DNA of 64,000 nt, from the NCBI GenBank assembly GCA_002633005.1, contig NMRA01000065.1:797066-861065 (forward strand), given 5' to 3'. The notes beneath the pieces were generated by a model. It saw only the letters and a list, made by a program, of their open reading frames with translations, made no database searches and was not told where the DNA came from. This document shows, piece after piece, positions 1 to 12,700 of this stretch. The stretch is from Phoronis australis. Lineage: Eukaryota > Animalia > Phoronida. The translations under genes were made by a program, and so were the position numbers. Positions within the stretch are counted from its first letter, which is position 1. Each line of letters begins with the position of its first letter.

Positions 1-519
1 ATATCTGGTCGGATAACAAATGAACGGAACTGCTTATTGTGTAGAATGGTGAGTATATGAAAGCAATATCAAATAATACCACAACACATGCCATTACAAA
101 CAGTCACACATGCCGATAATGCAGATGACAGTGCAACTAACCATTCACATAGACTCAAAGCGTCGATGATCCACTGTTTAAATCCACCAGTTTACTACGA
201 AGTTAATTACTTGCAATGTTTAGTTCAATACAGGACCGAAGTTAACTATTCAGACTGATTGACACTCCTTAAAACAATGGTGCCTCGATGTTGGAATGAA
301 TATCCCTATACACCCAAGTTGTCCACGAGTGCCCACTAGCACTGTGATACTGCATATGGATAGCAGTGCATGGGTTGCACTTGATTCTGAATCACTTTTC
401 TGGTTCCACTGGGTCAACTGTCCAAGACATCGGATTGGTTCTCAATGACAACTTACAGGTGTCCTACCAGGCAAATAGAAATCAAACAAGGACTAATCAG
501 ATCAGAATCAATTGGACAA

Positions 520-644
520 CTATGATTTTATTGCAAAGTTTTGAATCCACAGCAATGGATGATCTGTTTCCACAGTGACTTTATCGTCTCCAGCTAACTC
601 ATTGGACGTGCTAATCAGACCACCAAACCTCATCTCCTGATCAC
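520..644 (-). CDS. TPK1: TPK1 last coding exon ([40 protein letters not shown])
   Basis: Acceptor ctttag at 645-646, stop TAG at 522-520, TPK C-terminal motifs. Confidence 0.93.
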
Positions 645-3600
645 CTAAAGAGAAAGGTGAAAATACAATATAAAGATTTGCATGCCATCCAATCAGAAGG
701 TAGACTAGTCAAGAGTAATCTGTCCTCTTATATTGCCCACCCGCAAACCAGACAATAAATCTGCCACCTCAGAGTAGGAAGACAATGCTGTGAGCACCGG
801 ATTGGAGAGAGTACACAGTTAATGTCATGGTAATCATATGCAAGACAGCTGACAGGACAAGTTTGTGAATGCTTACTTTAAGTAGCATACAGCACTAATT
901 AGGTCAAGCCCAAATTGTAAACTGCAAACTGGAATCTTGTCGTTAAAGAAATGAATGACTTTTACCCAGTCCGTGATTTTATCAAGTGTTATTAGGAATA
1001 CTAACCTATTGTAATAAAAAAAAACAAAAAAGGTTCCACCCCAAAACATGAACAAAAATAATGATTTTCAAAGATGATGCCACATGGGGCTTCAAGAGGC
1101 TGATCTGTCTTCTGATCAGATGTCCTGTCTGCCTACTCACATGAAAATTCCACCATGTGAATGCAGTAGAAATTCAGCCATGGCTGATCTATAAATCAAG
1201 TCACGGCTGTTCTCCCCATAATGTGAGCGTACTATATCAAGTCATGGCTGTTTTCCTCACAATGTGAACGCACTGTCAGAGCTGTTCTACCCACAATGTG
1301 AACACACAATAAATCAAGTCACGGCTGTTCTCCCCATAATGTGAACGCAGTATAAATCCAGGCATGACTTCTCTCCACAAAAGGGCAGGCACTCAAGTAG
1401 AATAATATAATTGCTATAATTATACTAATAGTGAATTTTCTCAACAAAAGTATGAAATATTTGTATTGTGCGGTTGCTATAGTGATAACATCACATGAAA
1501 TTCTGATTATTTGCATTATGGTAATATCTCACATAAGACACAATATAGTAGACAAGTAAAACTTCAATTATTATTTTTTCATAAAACAGAAAAGGTAAAA
1601 TTTCATAAATTTACGACACAATATGGCTGACAAGTGAAATCTTATTGCATCGTTTTTTCATGAAACGTATGTAATACCAGCTTGAGTTATGATTTTCCTT
1701 ATGTAAGTTTTGTACAACAGTTATACCATCAAAGTTTTGAAACATTCTAGGTATTCACAACAATGTTAGAACCCCTTGAAAACAGAAAAAGGGCAGTTTT
1801 TGACAATTAGTTTAGTCCAAATTTTGCAAGATTTTACCAGAGGTGTTTTACCATTGTCAGGTTGCGTACCATAACCACCGCAACACATTATTTCCAACAA
1901 ATGTGAACGTTCATAACAGTTATTGAAAATTGAAAAAGGACAACTTTGGCAATTTCTTAACTCTAGACTAATCAGATTTCAATGTCAGAATTCTCATTAA
2001 TGATTATATCAAATGGTGAAAAGAATCCAACTGTGCACTAATTTCTGTAACTGTCCACCTACTAAGATTCCACTTAAGTCCTGTCGTCGTGATGTGCTGA
2101 CATGGCTCACCAACTGGGACTAGACCGCACCAAGTTCCCTCACAGCCACTGGTGACATCTATGGTGTGTTTACCCTGAAAATGAAAAACAAATTACATGT
2201 CCCTAAGACCTTTCTAGATAAAAATCCTATGCTGTTTTTTAAAACAGCAACTGTCGACAACTTTAAAGTTGTTAACAGAGCAGTGACCCTAAACCTCGTC
2301 TGCTCATAAACAATACCATTAGGTAACAATGAATATCAGACAGCAAATTTACAAATGGCTGCAACTTTGAATGGGTATATTACTAGTTACAAACGTTCCA
2401 GTTTAATCTGTACTGGAACAAAACAATCATGTAATATCTAGATTTTCGGAAACAAGAGGTCAAGAGTACATGTAATTACTTATGCCTTATTTGTCAAAAT
2501 AAAAACTCAAATTTAGCCTCATATTCTCATGTCCTAAATCTAACAGACTGTACTATGCAGAAGAACTTCAACCATATTTCCTCACATGGAACCCATGATA
2601 TTTCACAGTGAGCTCTACTGGCATTGGATAATATGATATGGAGCAGTGTATTCCAGACTTTAGCACCTGGTCTACATACACATTATAACAATTACCACTA
2701 AAGATGTGATACACAACTAGCAGTATCATTGTAACTTATGTGCACCACAAAGCCAGGATAGCTAAAAAGAGTGCAGGCAGTCTGATGTCATTTGTCGTTC
2801 ATGAGATATGCCCAGGCTAAATGGGCTCACTGCACAAAACACCTGAGCAAAACTCAAGAGAGCCCTGGTATCGATTATTCTGTTTTTCACAAAAGAAGCT
2901 GTCAGGCCTGCCTAAGTTTGTCTTTTAGAAAATGGACAGAGACTTTTCTGTTCATTGCCTTGCACAGGGCCATCCAAGAAAGTGCTCCACACCTAACGAA
3001 AAGCTGGCCAAGACTTTTCTAGATGTTAGGTGTTTCATCATCAGTATCACACTTGATACACACTGGGCCATCCACATATGCCTTGTGATGTGCTTGCATC
3101 AGGCTAGATTACAAAGACCAAGTGAAATTTGCATCATGTGTCTAATCCTCAATCCATCAACTCAAATTTTTGATCCGCTTTCAAGACTCAATTTGGTGAC
3201 CTACAGGTGTCCAATGTGACCTCACATTTTGTTTTAGTGATCTGATAAAAATCCCAAGTCACCACAAATCAAAGTACACTGGGAAGTAAAGAGACAAGAG
3301 TTGAAATCGTTAGGCAAAAGCCGAGAGGGCTTGACCGTGACACATGTGCAAACAATGTTTTCTGATTATCTCACATGCTTTAGGTGGGAGTTGAAAGAGG
3401 GTGAAATGACTGCCCTAGTGCACAAAAGGAGTCAAACAGTGTCCTTATCTTCAACTGAATAGAATATGACGGGTACCACAACAAGCAAAAAAGCCCTGTT
3501 CTTCAGTTGATCAGGAATACAGGTAAGTATGCCGCTGCAGCGTGCCGCTACACAATAATTTCCCTTAACTTAGCGAGTTCATTCCCCATTTGGTGAGTTG

Positions 3601-6600
3601 ACATTAAGCTATGCATCGAGCCCTGACTTGGTTACTGATGCGAGCTAAGATACTTGCCACCAACCTGTTTCAGAAGACAGCAGACTGTGTCCGACCCATA
3701 CAAGTATACAGGGAGTTGTGTAAAGTCAGAAGCAAGATACAACGTGTTGACATTGGATAGTGTATGATCAAGACGGCCACCGAGGGATGACAGAACAACG
3801 ATACTTGTGGCCTTGAAATAAATAAATTAATACATAAATTTAAATAAATAAAATAATAAATAAACAAATAAAGACCAAGCAATTGACCTATTACAAGTTT
3901 TGCCCACTTGGGAAAAGTCACTTGACACCCCACAAACAAACAATAAGTTTTACCTGACAACGGGTTATTTGTTGGGTAAAATAGTGGATTGGAAACAAAA
4001 GTGTGTCAAGAATGCTGTGTTCTGATTGGCCAGTTAAGCCATCATTCAAAATCCTGGTGATAAGTCAAATTCCTAAATATAATAATAAGCAAATACAAGG
4101 TCATTTGAAATATTCTTGTGTTTCACTTGTCTTTCACCAAGAGATATTTTTGAATATGTTTCACGGTTTTGACCATTTATTGGCAAGACCACTATTGCAA
4201 CAATTTTGACCATTTATTGGCAAGACCACTATTGCAACAGTTTTGACCATTTATTGGCAAGACCACTATTGCAACAATTTCACATGTATTACATTGCCTC
4301 AACAACTTTATTTGATGTTTCAGTAAAAGTCTGCACAATGAACATGGTTTGGTTACCATCAACGTGCTTACTTTGGAGCCCAAATTACTTCTGCCTTTAA
4401 CTAAATATTCCAGTAACAGTGGCAAATGAAAATGTTTAATTTCAACTTTCTGCACACAACTCACCACGATTTGCTTTTTCTCTATTTCTTTGCCAACAAT
4501 CTCTAAACATTTTGTGAAATCGGTGAAAGTTTGGTCAGGGGTGTGAATCACCTTTGAGCCCTGGAGGAATTCAAAAGATAGGGTTTATTTTAGAACAGAA
4601 CTACTTTTCAGAACCTCACCTGGGTTGTTTTCTTAAAGCCTAATGCAGCAGTACACCATCTTTAAAAGCTCTGTTATGGTTGGGGTAGAGACCATTTTAA
4701 CATTTTTCTAGCCTGGTAGTAATGTGATTACTTTATGCCCTAACTGGAGCTGATTGATTGCATCACTTATACATTCACTGCCAAAATTCAGTATAATAAT
4801 TTGGTGGATTTTACATGACAGATATAGTCATTACCATACCACAGGTGGCTTTAAATATTAAGCTAAATCTCACCACAGTGGTTTAATTACAGCCACTACA
4901 AACCTACTGCTTCAGTCAAAATTTCAGTTTTTTATTCTAAATAATTTATCACTATGAAACTGGTTTTATTTTGTTCCACATTCAGGTGAGAAATTGCCTT
5001 CTGGGGTTTCAAACAAACAACTGAACGGTCAGATTGGTCAAAATCATCCTCAGTGCATAAAATAACCTGCAGCGACAAGTCAACTGGTCGGCCCCAATCT
5101 AAAACAAAAACAACCTCAGAAATCATCTCTAACTTGAGCAAGGCACAAATTAATACCAATTTCATGACTGAAGGCGGTTTAAATAAAAAGTTATGTTTTG
5201 TTACGATGCCGTTATATAGCAACGTAAACAGCCCAAAAGAAAAAACTGTACCGTAAGAAGCAGTTTGTGTGATAAAGATACGCAATATCCCTAGAACCTT
5301 TCTGAACGTTTTCTGGAAATATTTATAAATGCATGTGATTTCCATAAGACGAAAAGCAAAGCTTCATGTATATTATTGCTACTAAAGCCTAAGACAGTAC
5401 AACAGCAAATACAAGTTTACGCGAAGTGACCTACAGAGTTGAAGACAATAAGTAAAAACCTTTCAAGAAAATGACATATTTTCTTATCGGCAAAAGTTAG
5501 GGCAAAATGTTTAACTGATTCTCCAGACAATCTACAGTCAATGTGTTTCTAGTTACCTTTTCTTTATAGAACTGCAATACTGAGGGGTCCACTGAATCAA
5601 AGTCACCAGTAATGAGATCAGGTAGAAAACGACTCCCGCTATCAGATGATGTCACCTTGTGTAGTGCATTTGTTGCACCATCAACACTGGCGACCAGAGC
5701 AGCTGGAAGAACAATAGAATGGATGAGATAAATACAAGAATCTTATGCAAAGCAACTATGAAGAACACTTGTCTTGTTATTTCTGTTTTATTTTCTTGTC
5801 ACACACACGCACATGCAAACACACCTTGTAATAACCATACTACAAGAATACATCTACACAAATATATTTCTGTCATTATATTATCAGGTGTTTAATAATC
5901 TCCAGATGAGGCCCAGATATCTGAAGGAGCATAGGTGTCCTCTCCTTGCAGCCCATTCACAAAAAAAATTATTTTGTGAACCATACTGGCAAAGCAAATG
6001 AGAAACAAAGAAGCAACTGAAATGCTTAGAAGCAACTTTGATAACTCTCCACTTATTTTGCACCAAAACAATTGCCAAAATTGTCATTTTCCATGGTTCG
6101 AACTGACGCTGATTGCATTACTGTAAATTATGAAAAATTTACCAAAAGTTGTTTCATAACATTTATGCAGTACAAACCATGCTAGTAATAATAAGACTAA
6201 GATTTTCTAAAAATTTGAGAAATTTGACAAAATAAAATTTCACTTGTTGGCCATATTGCATGCTAAACAAGTGAAGAATTAGTCACGCGGAAGCATAAAA
6301 TAAGATCCATAGCAGCTGATATGGTAATTTTGTAAGAGCAAATAAAACAAGCTCAACATACCATTATTCCACAAATGTTCGAGAACAGTTCTTGGAAGAC
6401 TGGAGTCAGGTCCATTCAAAAGCATTAACACAATGCTCTCATCTGAAAAAATATTCACAAATAAAATCAGGAATTCCAACCATGTATGGCAAAACTGAAC
6501 CTAAATGGCTACTTGAGGTGCAGTGGGACCCAGTGCTCTCTTTACTCAAAGTCGTGAGTTCGAGTCCCACCAGGTGACACTGCTAGACCATGGAGTCAAG

Positions 6601-8609
6601 TACCTAGCTCCTCAGCTTGGTTTTAACTATCTTATGTATTAATAAAGCACAAAACTGGTTCCACGTGATAAGTGCAGTGGGCCCACATGCACGGCCTGAG
6701 CACGTATGGTACAAAGCGTACCAGACTGCCTGCAATTATTCTTAAAAATAGCTACTTTTGAAAGTTCTAAGCAAATCACAACATTTTAAGCACCACTGAC
6801 AGGATCGCCATGAAGTTGAGATGAAGATTGTACTTAAACTAAAGCGATGTCGCGGTGTCTTATTTTAAAGCAAGTTCTAATAAAAAATCCATTCCCTCTT
6901 CACCTATTGAACCACAACTGGATGACACAAAACATTCAATTGTATAAGTTAAGAATGCTTCATATAGTTGTTATAGACAATTTATAAGCCCCAAGTAGTG
7001 GAGGATTGGTTGAATAATGACAGTTCATCAAACAACTCGTGCTCCAGCCAATAAATTGACAGACAGTGGGATATCAATCTTGTGGATTTGCATGATGTGG
7101 AAAAGTAGGGCAAGTGCCTGACACATATAATGTATTGTGGGTAAATACCTTAGAATGAGAGAGGGAGCTGTGCTATTTCAGGACGGGCCTTTTGCTTTAG
7201 ATCAGGCTCATTAAGTAGCTTGTCAGGACTAGTTAGTTTCACCTGTCAATACAGTATCACCACTGGTGAATTCCAGGCATAGGCAATTTGAGTTCAAACG
7301 AAGGATAAGAAGAACTCTGAAGACAGATGCTTTTCACTACAAACCAAAAGTTATAACCACTTAAAGCTCTTAGTCGAAGCTCAACACTGACAATTAAGAC
7401 ACTGAGAAGTTTACTAAAATCCTTGTGTCTAGAACATTCCCTGCTACAAAGTTCTTAGAACATTGTCACCACATACAAGTCACTTAATGCCAAAGCACTA
7501 TGCATACATGTAACTGGTCATACGCCTATTGTCATGCTGTTCAATTTTTCTTCTGTTTAATTTAAAATTTCCTTAATTAAAGTGGCTACTAGTATCAACA
7601 CACCTTCTATCACAGAAACAAACTTTAGATTCAGACCATGTACCATTGGTCTCGTACTGTTTCGTAGTCAAGTTGGAGGCCATATCAGGATTGAGAAACA
7701 ACTGATAGTTCCTTATTGCTTTGGCTACTTCATTTTCTCACACATTCTTAAATAAATTGTCAATCTCTGTTTGCAGATTTACTTTCAAAACAAAGTACCA
7801 GACGTGTTTTCATTCCTTTAGAAGTTTTATTACCAGTAAATTGCTGATTGTGTGAATAAAATGCTATCGGACCAACAGCTTGTGTAACACTGAAATGTGG
7901 CAAGGTTTCTCAACACATTTTAGCAGGCCTGTAAGTATATTTAAGAGCAGTTGGTGGCAAGTAGGCTGGTCAATGTGAATAGGAAACACTCCCCATGCAC
8001 TGCATTCTAAGATAAGCGTTTTACTGTGCAGTGGTGCACAAAAAAAAATAAGAAAACACTTGGCTTTAGGCGATGTAGAGTTGTCTCCCCTTAAGAAACT
8101 ACTGTATGCCAGTGACCCCTTTTGGATATAATAGAAACTAGTTCATCCTCCATCTTTTGTCATGATGGATTAAAAATAAAATTTACAGAGAGATAGTTTA
8201 ACCCCTCATTTCAGATTTCATCGTCAGGACCCTCAATACCTTCACTTTGGCATTGGAGGAAAAAGCCTTCTGAGAAGGGAATTTTTTGGTTGACAAATTT
8301 TTTTGTTGAGGAGAACTCCTAAATCACCAACCTCTTTGACAAAGACTTGTTGTGTGCCGCCCTTACCACGTTATGCTTAGAAGGCAGCTTACCTCAACTT
8401 AAAAAAAACACTGGTCCCAGACACACCAGACACAGCAAATATACTTGAATATATAATGATGTTAGTAGAAATGCGTCTAGAATGAATTGAAGCACCTCTT
8501 GGCTGTCAAAAGGTCCAATTATGAAGAAAGTTTTTCTAAAACTACTAGAACTGCTTACCTCAGTTCAGATTCCTTCAGTCCACTCTGAACTATTTTAAAT
8601 TTTGTTTTA

Positions 8610-8682
<73 letters not shown>

Positions 8683-9567
8683 AAATATATATATATATAT
8701 ACATATCTATTTTATTCATTTATTTTATTACTTATGTATTTATTTGTTGGTGTACTAGCCTATGGCTAAAGTTTTTCCTCTTGTTTCACTTAACAGAGTA
8801 TAATTAACATGACTTGAATTGACTTGAACTCTACAAACCACTGCAAGCAAGCTAATATACAGATACACACGTAGTGACTTACTATCCTATATCACACACA
8901 TAGCAATAGCACGTCTGAACCCTCAGACCTCACGGCGGAAACTCCCTAACTCTGAACTGCTGCTCTACAGGGATTCTGAAACGGGAAACTCCCGGAATGT
9001 GATGTAACTTCCACGTGACGTCACTACCATAGATTCGCTACAGCCTCAAGCAGCCAACATTAACATTTTACAGAAGTAATTATAACCTTGAGGGGAATTT
9101 TTAATCATTGAAGGTCCTGATTAGAGAGTTGATTTTTAAATATTTTTTTCCTGAGGCATGTCTGAGAGGAATGGGGCTGACATTCGGCCCAAGCAAAAGG
9201 CATCGAAGGCCATATGCTCCATATGCATATCCAACATGATCAAAAATTTAACCTCAAGTTTAAAACCACTTTTCTACAAAGCGTCAATTGTGGTTACGCA
9301 CTTGAGCTACAAAAACCTTTCCCTTCAACTCAGGCTCTGCCGCTGTGTCTTCAGTCCGACTCAGGTGCTCAGTCAAGTTCGTTCAGGTGAGTGAACGAAT
9401 GCCCCGTAGCCGTAGGTGTGCGTCTTTGAAGCTCATCAGGTTCGATTACGGGTTGGGGAATTGATTTAAGTTCGCAAGACCTATAGTGTTCTCAAAATTC
9501 TTGAAATTTCCAGAAACAAACCTGAGTTTAAGAGAAGGTGACGGAGAGGTTTCCATACGTTTGACAT
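520..9567 (-). CDS. TPK1: Thiamine pyrophosphokinase 1, spliced gene: complement(join(520..644,2063..2174,3665..3811,4465..4560,5557..5702,6362..6442,9522..9567)), 753 nt, 250 aa
   Basis: All introns are GT-AG with compatible phases. The translation carries TPK motifs [73 protein letters not shown] and ends AIKS* like vertebrate TPK1. Confidence 0.95.
1150..1380. repeat. Degenerate ~42-bp tandem repeat (about 5 units) in TPK1 last intron
   Basis: Recurring aatcaagtcacggctgttctccccataatgtgaacgca. Confidence 0.8.
2063..2174 (-). CDS. TPK1: TPK1 exon 6 ([37 protein letters not shown])
   Basis: ttttcag acceptor, gtaggt donor, thiamine-binding domain motif. Confidence 0.95.
3665..3811 (-). CDS. 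TPK1: TPK1 exon 5 ([25 protein letters not shown]...CCLLKQ)
   Basis: 147 nt, phase 0/0, GGRLDH motif. Confidence 0.93.
4167..4277. repeat. 37-bp tandem repeat, 3 near-identical copies
   Basis: ttttgaccatttattggcaagaccactattgcaaca(a/g) x3. Confidence 0.95.
4465..4560 (-). CDS. TPK1: TPK1 exon 4 ([32 protein letters not shown])
   Basis: 96 nt, ctccag acceptor, gtgagt donor, DQxxTDFxKCL motif. Confidence 0.94.
5557..5702 (-). CDS. TPK1: TPK1 exon 3 ([15 protein letters not shown]...[23 protein letters not shown])
   Basis: ttccag acceptor, gtaact donor, catalytic DG and GDFDS motifs. Confidence 0.95.
6040..6282 (+). repeat. Abundant AT-rich interspersed repeat (other copies at ~15550-15800 (-), ~25955-26122, ~63025-63260)
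   Basis: Shared motifs aattgccaaaattgtcatttt, aatttgacaaaataaaattt, ccatattgtgcgctaaacaggtgaagaa. Confidence 0.7.
6362..6442 (-). CDS. TPK1: TPK1 exon 2 ([26 protein letters not shown])
   Basis: ttttcag acceptor, gtatgt donor, matches the LVILN...HLWNKA region of TPK1. Confidence 0.88.
6515..6722 (+). mobile_element. tRNA-derived SINE (copy 1)
   Basis: B-box GAGTTCGAGTCC. Body (cactgctagacc, gctcctcagct, ttttaact, aataaagca, gtgcagt-ggcccacatg, cacgt-tggtaca) aligns to the inverted copy at 36144-36356. Confidence 0.8.
8615..8701. repeat. (TA)n microsatellite
   Basis: Long AT dinucleotide run. Confidence 0.98.
9522..9567 (-). CDS. TPK1: TPK1 exon 1 ([15 protein letters not shown])
   Basis: ATG at 9567, phase-1 donor gtttgt fits exon 2, resembles TPK1 N-termini (aromatic-x-PL-xx-LL), next to CCGGAAGT promoter motif. 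Confidence 0.82.
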
Positions 9568-9681
9568 GCCGAGAAGCTTCACTCAACATACTTCCGGGTT
9601 TCCCTTTTATGAATCTTCTTTTTGGGAGAGTAAAGCATTTCCGGTCCTACACACCGCTAAATGCACTAGGCCTAGGGTTCT
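9568..9681. promoter_or_regulatory. Compact bidirectional promoter and 5' UTRs shared by TPK1 and LETMD1
   Basis: Divergent start codons separated by 114 bp. ETS/GABP-type motifs ACTTCCGG (9590-9597) and ATTTCCGG (9637-9644). Confidence 0.7.
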
Positions 9682-9749
9682 ATGATGCATTGTATGAACA
9701 CAGCTGGTCTCACCCGCACAGGCGTCCGCATTTATAAACCATGCCTAAG
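9682..9749 (+). CDS. LETMD1: LETMD1 exon 1 (MMHCMNTAGLTRTGVRIYKPCLR), putative mitochondrial targeting peptide
   Basis: ATG at 9682, phase-2 donor AAG|gtaacg compatible with exon 2, Arg-rich and without acidic residues. Confidence 0.68.
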
Positions 9750-12700
9750 GTAACGAATGGGAATATGTCTAAACAACATTAGCAATCTTAAGAAGTAACC
9801 CAACTATTTATCTTATTTCTGAAACGCTTAGGTAACACTGACAGACAGTGAAAGGGCACATTCTTATGATCTTTCTCCTCGGCGCTCGGCCTCGACTTCA
9901 TGGAAAGTCCACGTTCGCGCCTACGGCGACGATTATCGAACTGCAGTGTTCTCCACAATCAAAAATTCTAAACAGGCCACCTCTACAACCACTTTGTAAG
10001 TTGAGATAGTGCTGTGTATGCATACTAGAAGTGATCAACACACAAAAACGCTGTTTTTAAACGGGTTAGAGCCTTAGAGGCAAATCCCGCGATCTGCTTT
10101 AATTTTAATAGCACCATGGACGGTGCACCATAGGGAGCTATAGCCCCACTTTTTTCAGTGCTGCGCCGTCCGGTTTATGGGTGGTGCACCACAGGGGGGG
10201 GCTATGGCCCCTCACTTTTTCAATGCTGCTCTGCCCATGTGCACGCAAGTGATGGATTACTCTGGAACTGTTCATCCAAGTGGGAATTGCCACTTAGCAA
10301 ACGATTTAGAGAGATTTGATACGACTAGAAAATTCACAACACTCCTCACTGCTTTTTTGGGGGCACTGATCAGTTGTAGCAGTACCTAATTTAGAGAACC
10401 AGGCAATCACTGTATAATGGGCCTGTTATTCAGTGGATGAAACTGATTCTCAAAATCAGGCATCGCTTTATGTGACCAGTGCCTTTTTGGGAGGTGAGTC
10501 ACTCGGCCTTTTGTGTTTTGCATGTGCCCTTCTAGATCATAGACTATATCATTGTTCGACACCAACGACGTAGAAAAATCCACATGCTAATGGCAGCTAT
10601 TGAACACAGACTGCTGTCGGTGAATTTCCTGTTCTAGGTGTAACAACTTGCTAGTTCTCTTTGTGCTGCTAGATGGTCAGTGGCCAGCCCACAGGTATCA
10701 CTTAATTTTCCTCTTGAAATTTTTTTACAGCGGTGTTACTGATTGGCTAGTCAAATTCTCAACAGGCAGCACTTTACGCTAACAAACTGGTGTGACTGAT
10801 GGACTGAAGTGTAAATATGGTCTGTTGTACAGACAAATCAGTGCTTAAAATTCATGTTCAGGAAATGTGAATCCTAGAAATTGTGGGTGTGCCTTTTCAG
10901 AGTGCATCTTTCTACAGTGGATGACTTTTGTGTACGATACTGTCCTGTATGTATAGCACACTGGTTAAATCGGTCAGATATGTGTTTATTGCACATGTAT
11001 GTGCTTCAAGCACGCAGCTATTTTGAAAAATCACTGCAGAAACGAAATAGTTACTGCAACGCCACTTGCATAACAAGGATAAAAATTGTTCACAGTCCGC
11101 CATTTTTTCACAGTGTTGTAAAGCTAACCAATGACTGCTGCTGACATTACAACAACCAATGTTAAAGCACGTGCCACTGCGTGATACCTGCGTGATGCCT
11201 TAGCAAGTGGGGGACCAGCGAGGGTGTAACAACAACATAGGCAGCCTCTCTAAATTGCTTGCCAAGTGGTAATTATACCACTTGTTTCTGTACTACCTGC
11301 TTTGTTTATTTAATCATTTTGAGGCTGTCTAAATGCTTCCATTTCATCCTATTTTGTACTAAACTTCCATGTAAATTATTTTCCGAAAATAAAGTTTTAT
11401 TGATGCAATGAAACACTCAAGAGTTAAAATGTTGAATTTCCAGTGGTGGTGTTTAGCTGAGTGTGGTCAGCAACCCAAATGTATAGAATATAAAAATATC
11501 CAAGATGCAGTACTCAGCTATATCAGTTTTTTTGTCACTTTTTTCTTGTGGCCAGATTGCTTTCAAAAAAACCTGCTGTGAAAACTCCAGGAGCAACACA
11601 GAACTATATAGTCAGTGTGTACACACGATATGTGGCGTGGTATGAGAGCCACCTAGAGAAGAAGTTTCCTAAAGCCTATGAAGTCTACCAACTGTTTAAG
11701 ATAGGTAAGTGAACCTCAGATTTTGTAACCAAGCTCTTGCCTCTTCAGCAAAGTACGAAGTCTCACAAAATAAACAGAATTACTAGTTAACCAGATGAGA
11801 CCATCATTGAAATGTTTGTTTCTCTCGCCCTGCCCTCACTCTCTGATATGGGTTGGATTGTTGTTGAAATATTTTGTTTTTGTTCTATTCATTGTTGGGG
11901 CACCATCATTTTTGTTGAAAAATCACTGTTTATATGTCCTTATCCCATCAGGCATGAAAACATTTTATAACGATACAAAGTGCTATCTTGGTGTGACCAG
12001 AGCTATGAGTGCGAGAACGCCATTGACGGAATTCACTAGAAAGGAACTTCAGACTTATCGTCAGGTAGGCTTATATACCACAAACTTAAGCATATTTGAT
12101 CGTACTCCCCAAGGTAAAAAAGTCTGTGCTGCAGTCCTTTATGTCATGCCATTAGTTGCCTTGGAAACGCTTTGTGAATTTTATGAACATATGACAGCTG
12201 TCTGAAAGATGTGAGTTTGTGAGGTGGATAGATTTTTTTCGAAGCCCTCCACGTTCAAGTTCCACCCTGGATTGTCAATAAAGAGTACAAATTTATGTCT
12301 CAGTTTTCAATTGACAATTCAGGGTGTTTCACAAATGAGGACCTGATTTAAAATTTCTGAAACTCACTGTATTTAGACTTTTAGCATGTTGTTTTACTGC
12401 TCTTTCAAATAAATGCTAAATGACTGGTCTTGCCACTCACACATCCACAGTATTATAGTTATGGAAGTTGAAAATTCTTGAAAATAAAGTTGCTTTGTTT
12501 CAGTTTCCCAGTGATATCTGGAAGGTGATGCCTATATTATTTATTGGTGCTCTACCATTTGGGGTATATTTGGTTTTGCCACTAGGGTAAGTGTCTTTTG
12601 ATTACCTGCTTCCATCTGCCCTTTTGTCATGAAACTTAACTGTCTGTTTCTCATGGCCAAGGAATAATGTATTGAAATTCCTATTGTTTTCTGGAAGTTG

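Noticed and set aside
873-930. Segment [11 protein letters not shown] resembling the TPK1 last exon, with a gtaagc donor
   Set aside because: Similarity is very short, and inclusion gives an immediate stop. There is no further support.
9158-9394. ORF with gtgagt donor at 9387 as LETMD1 exon 1
   Set aside because: It lies inside TPK1 intron 1 on the wrong side of the promoter, and its phase (1) does not fit LETMD1 exon 2 (phase 2). The 9682-9749 exon fits better.
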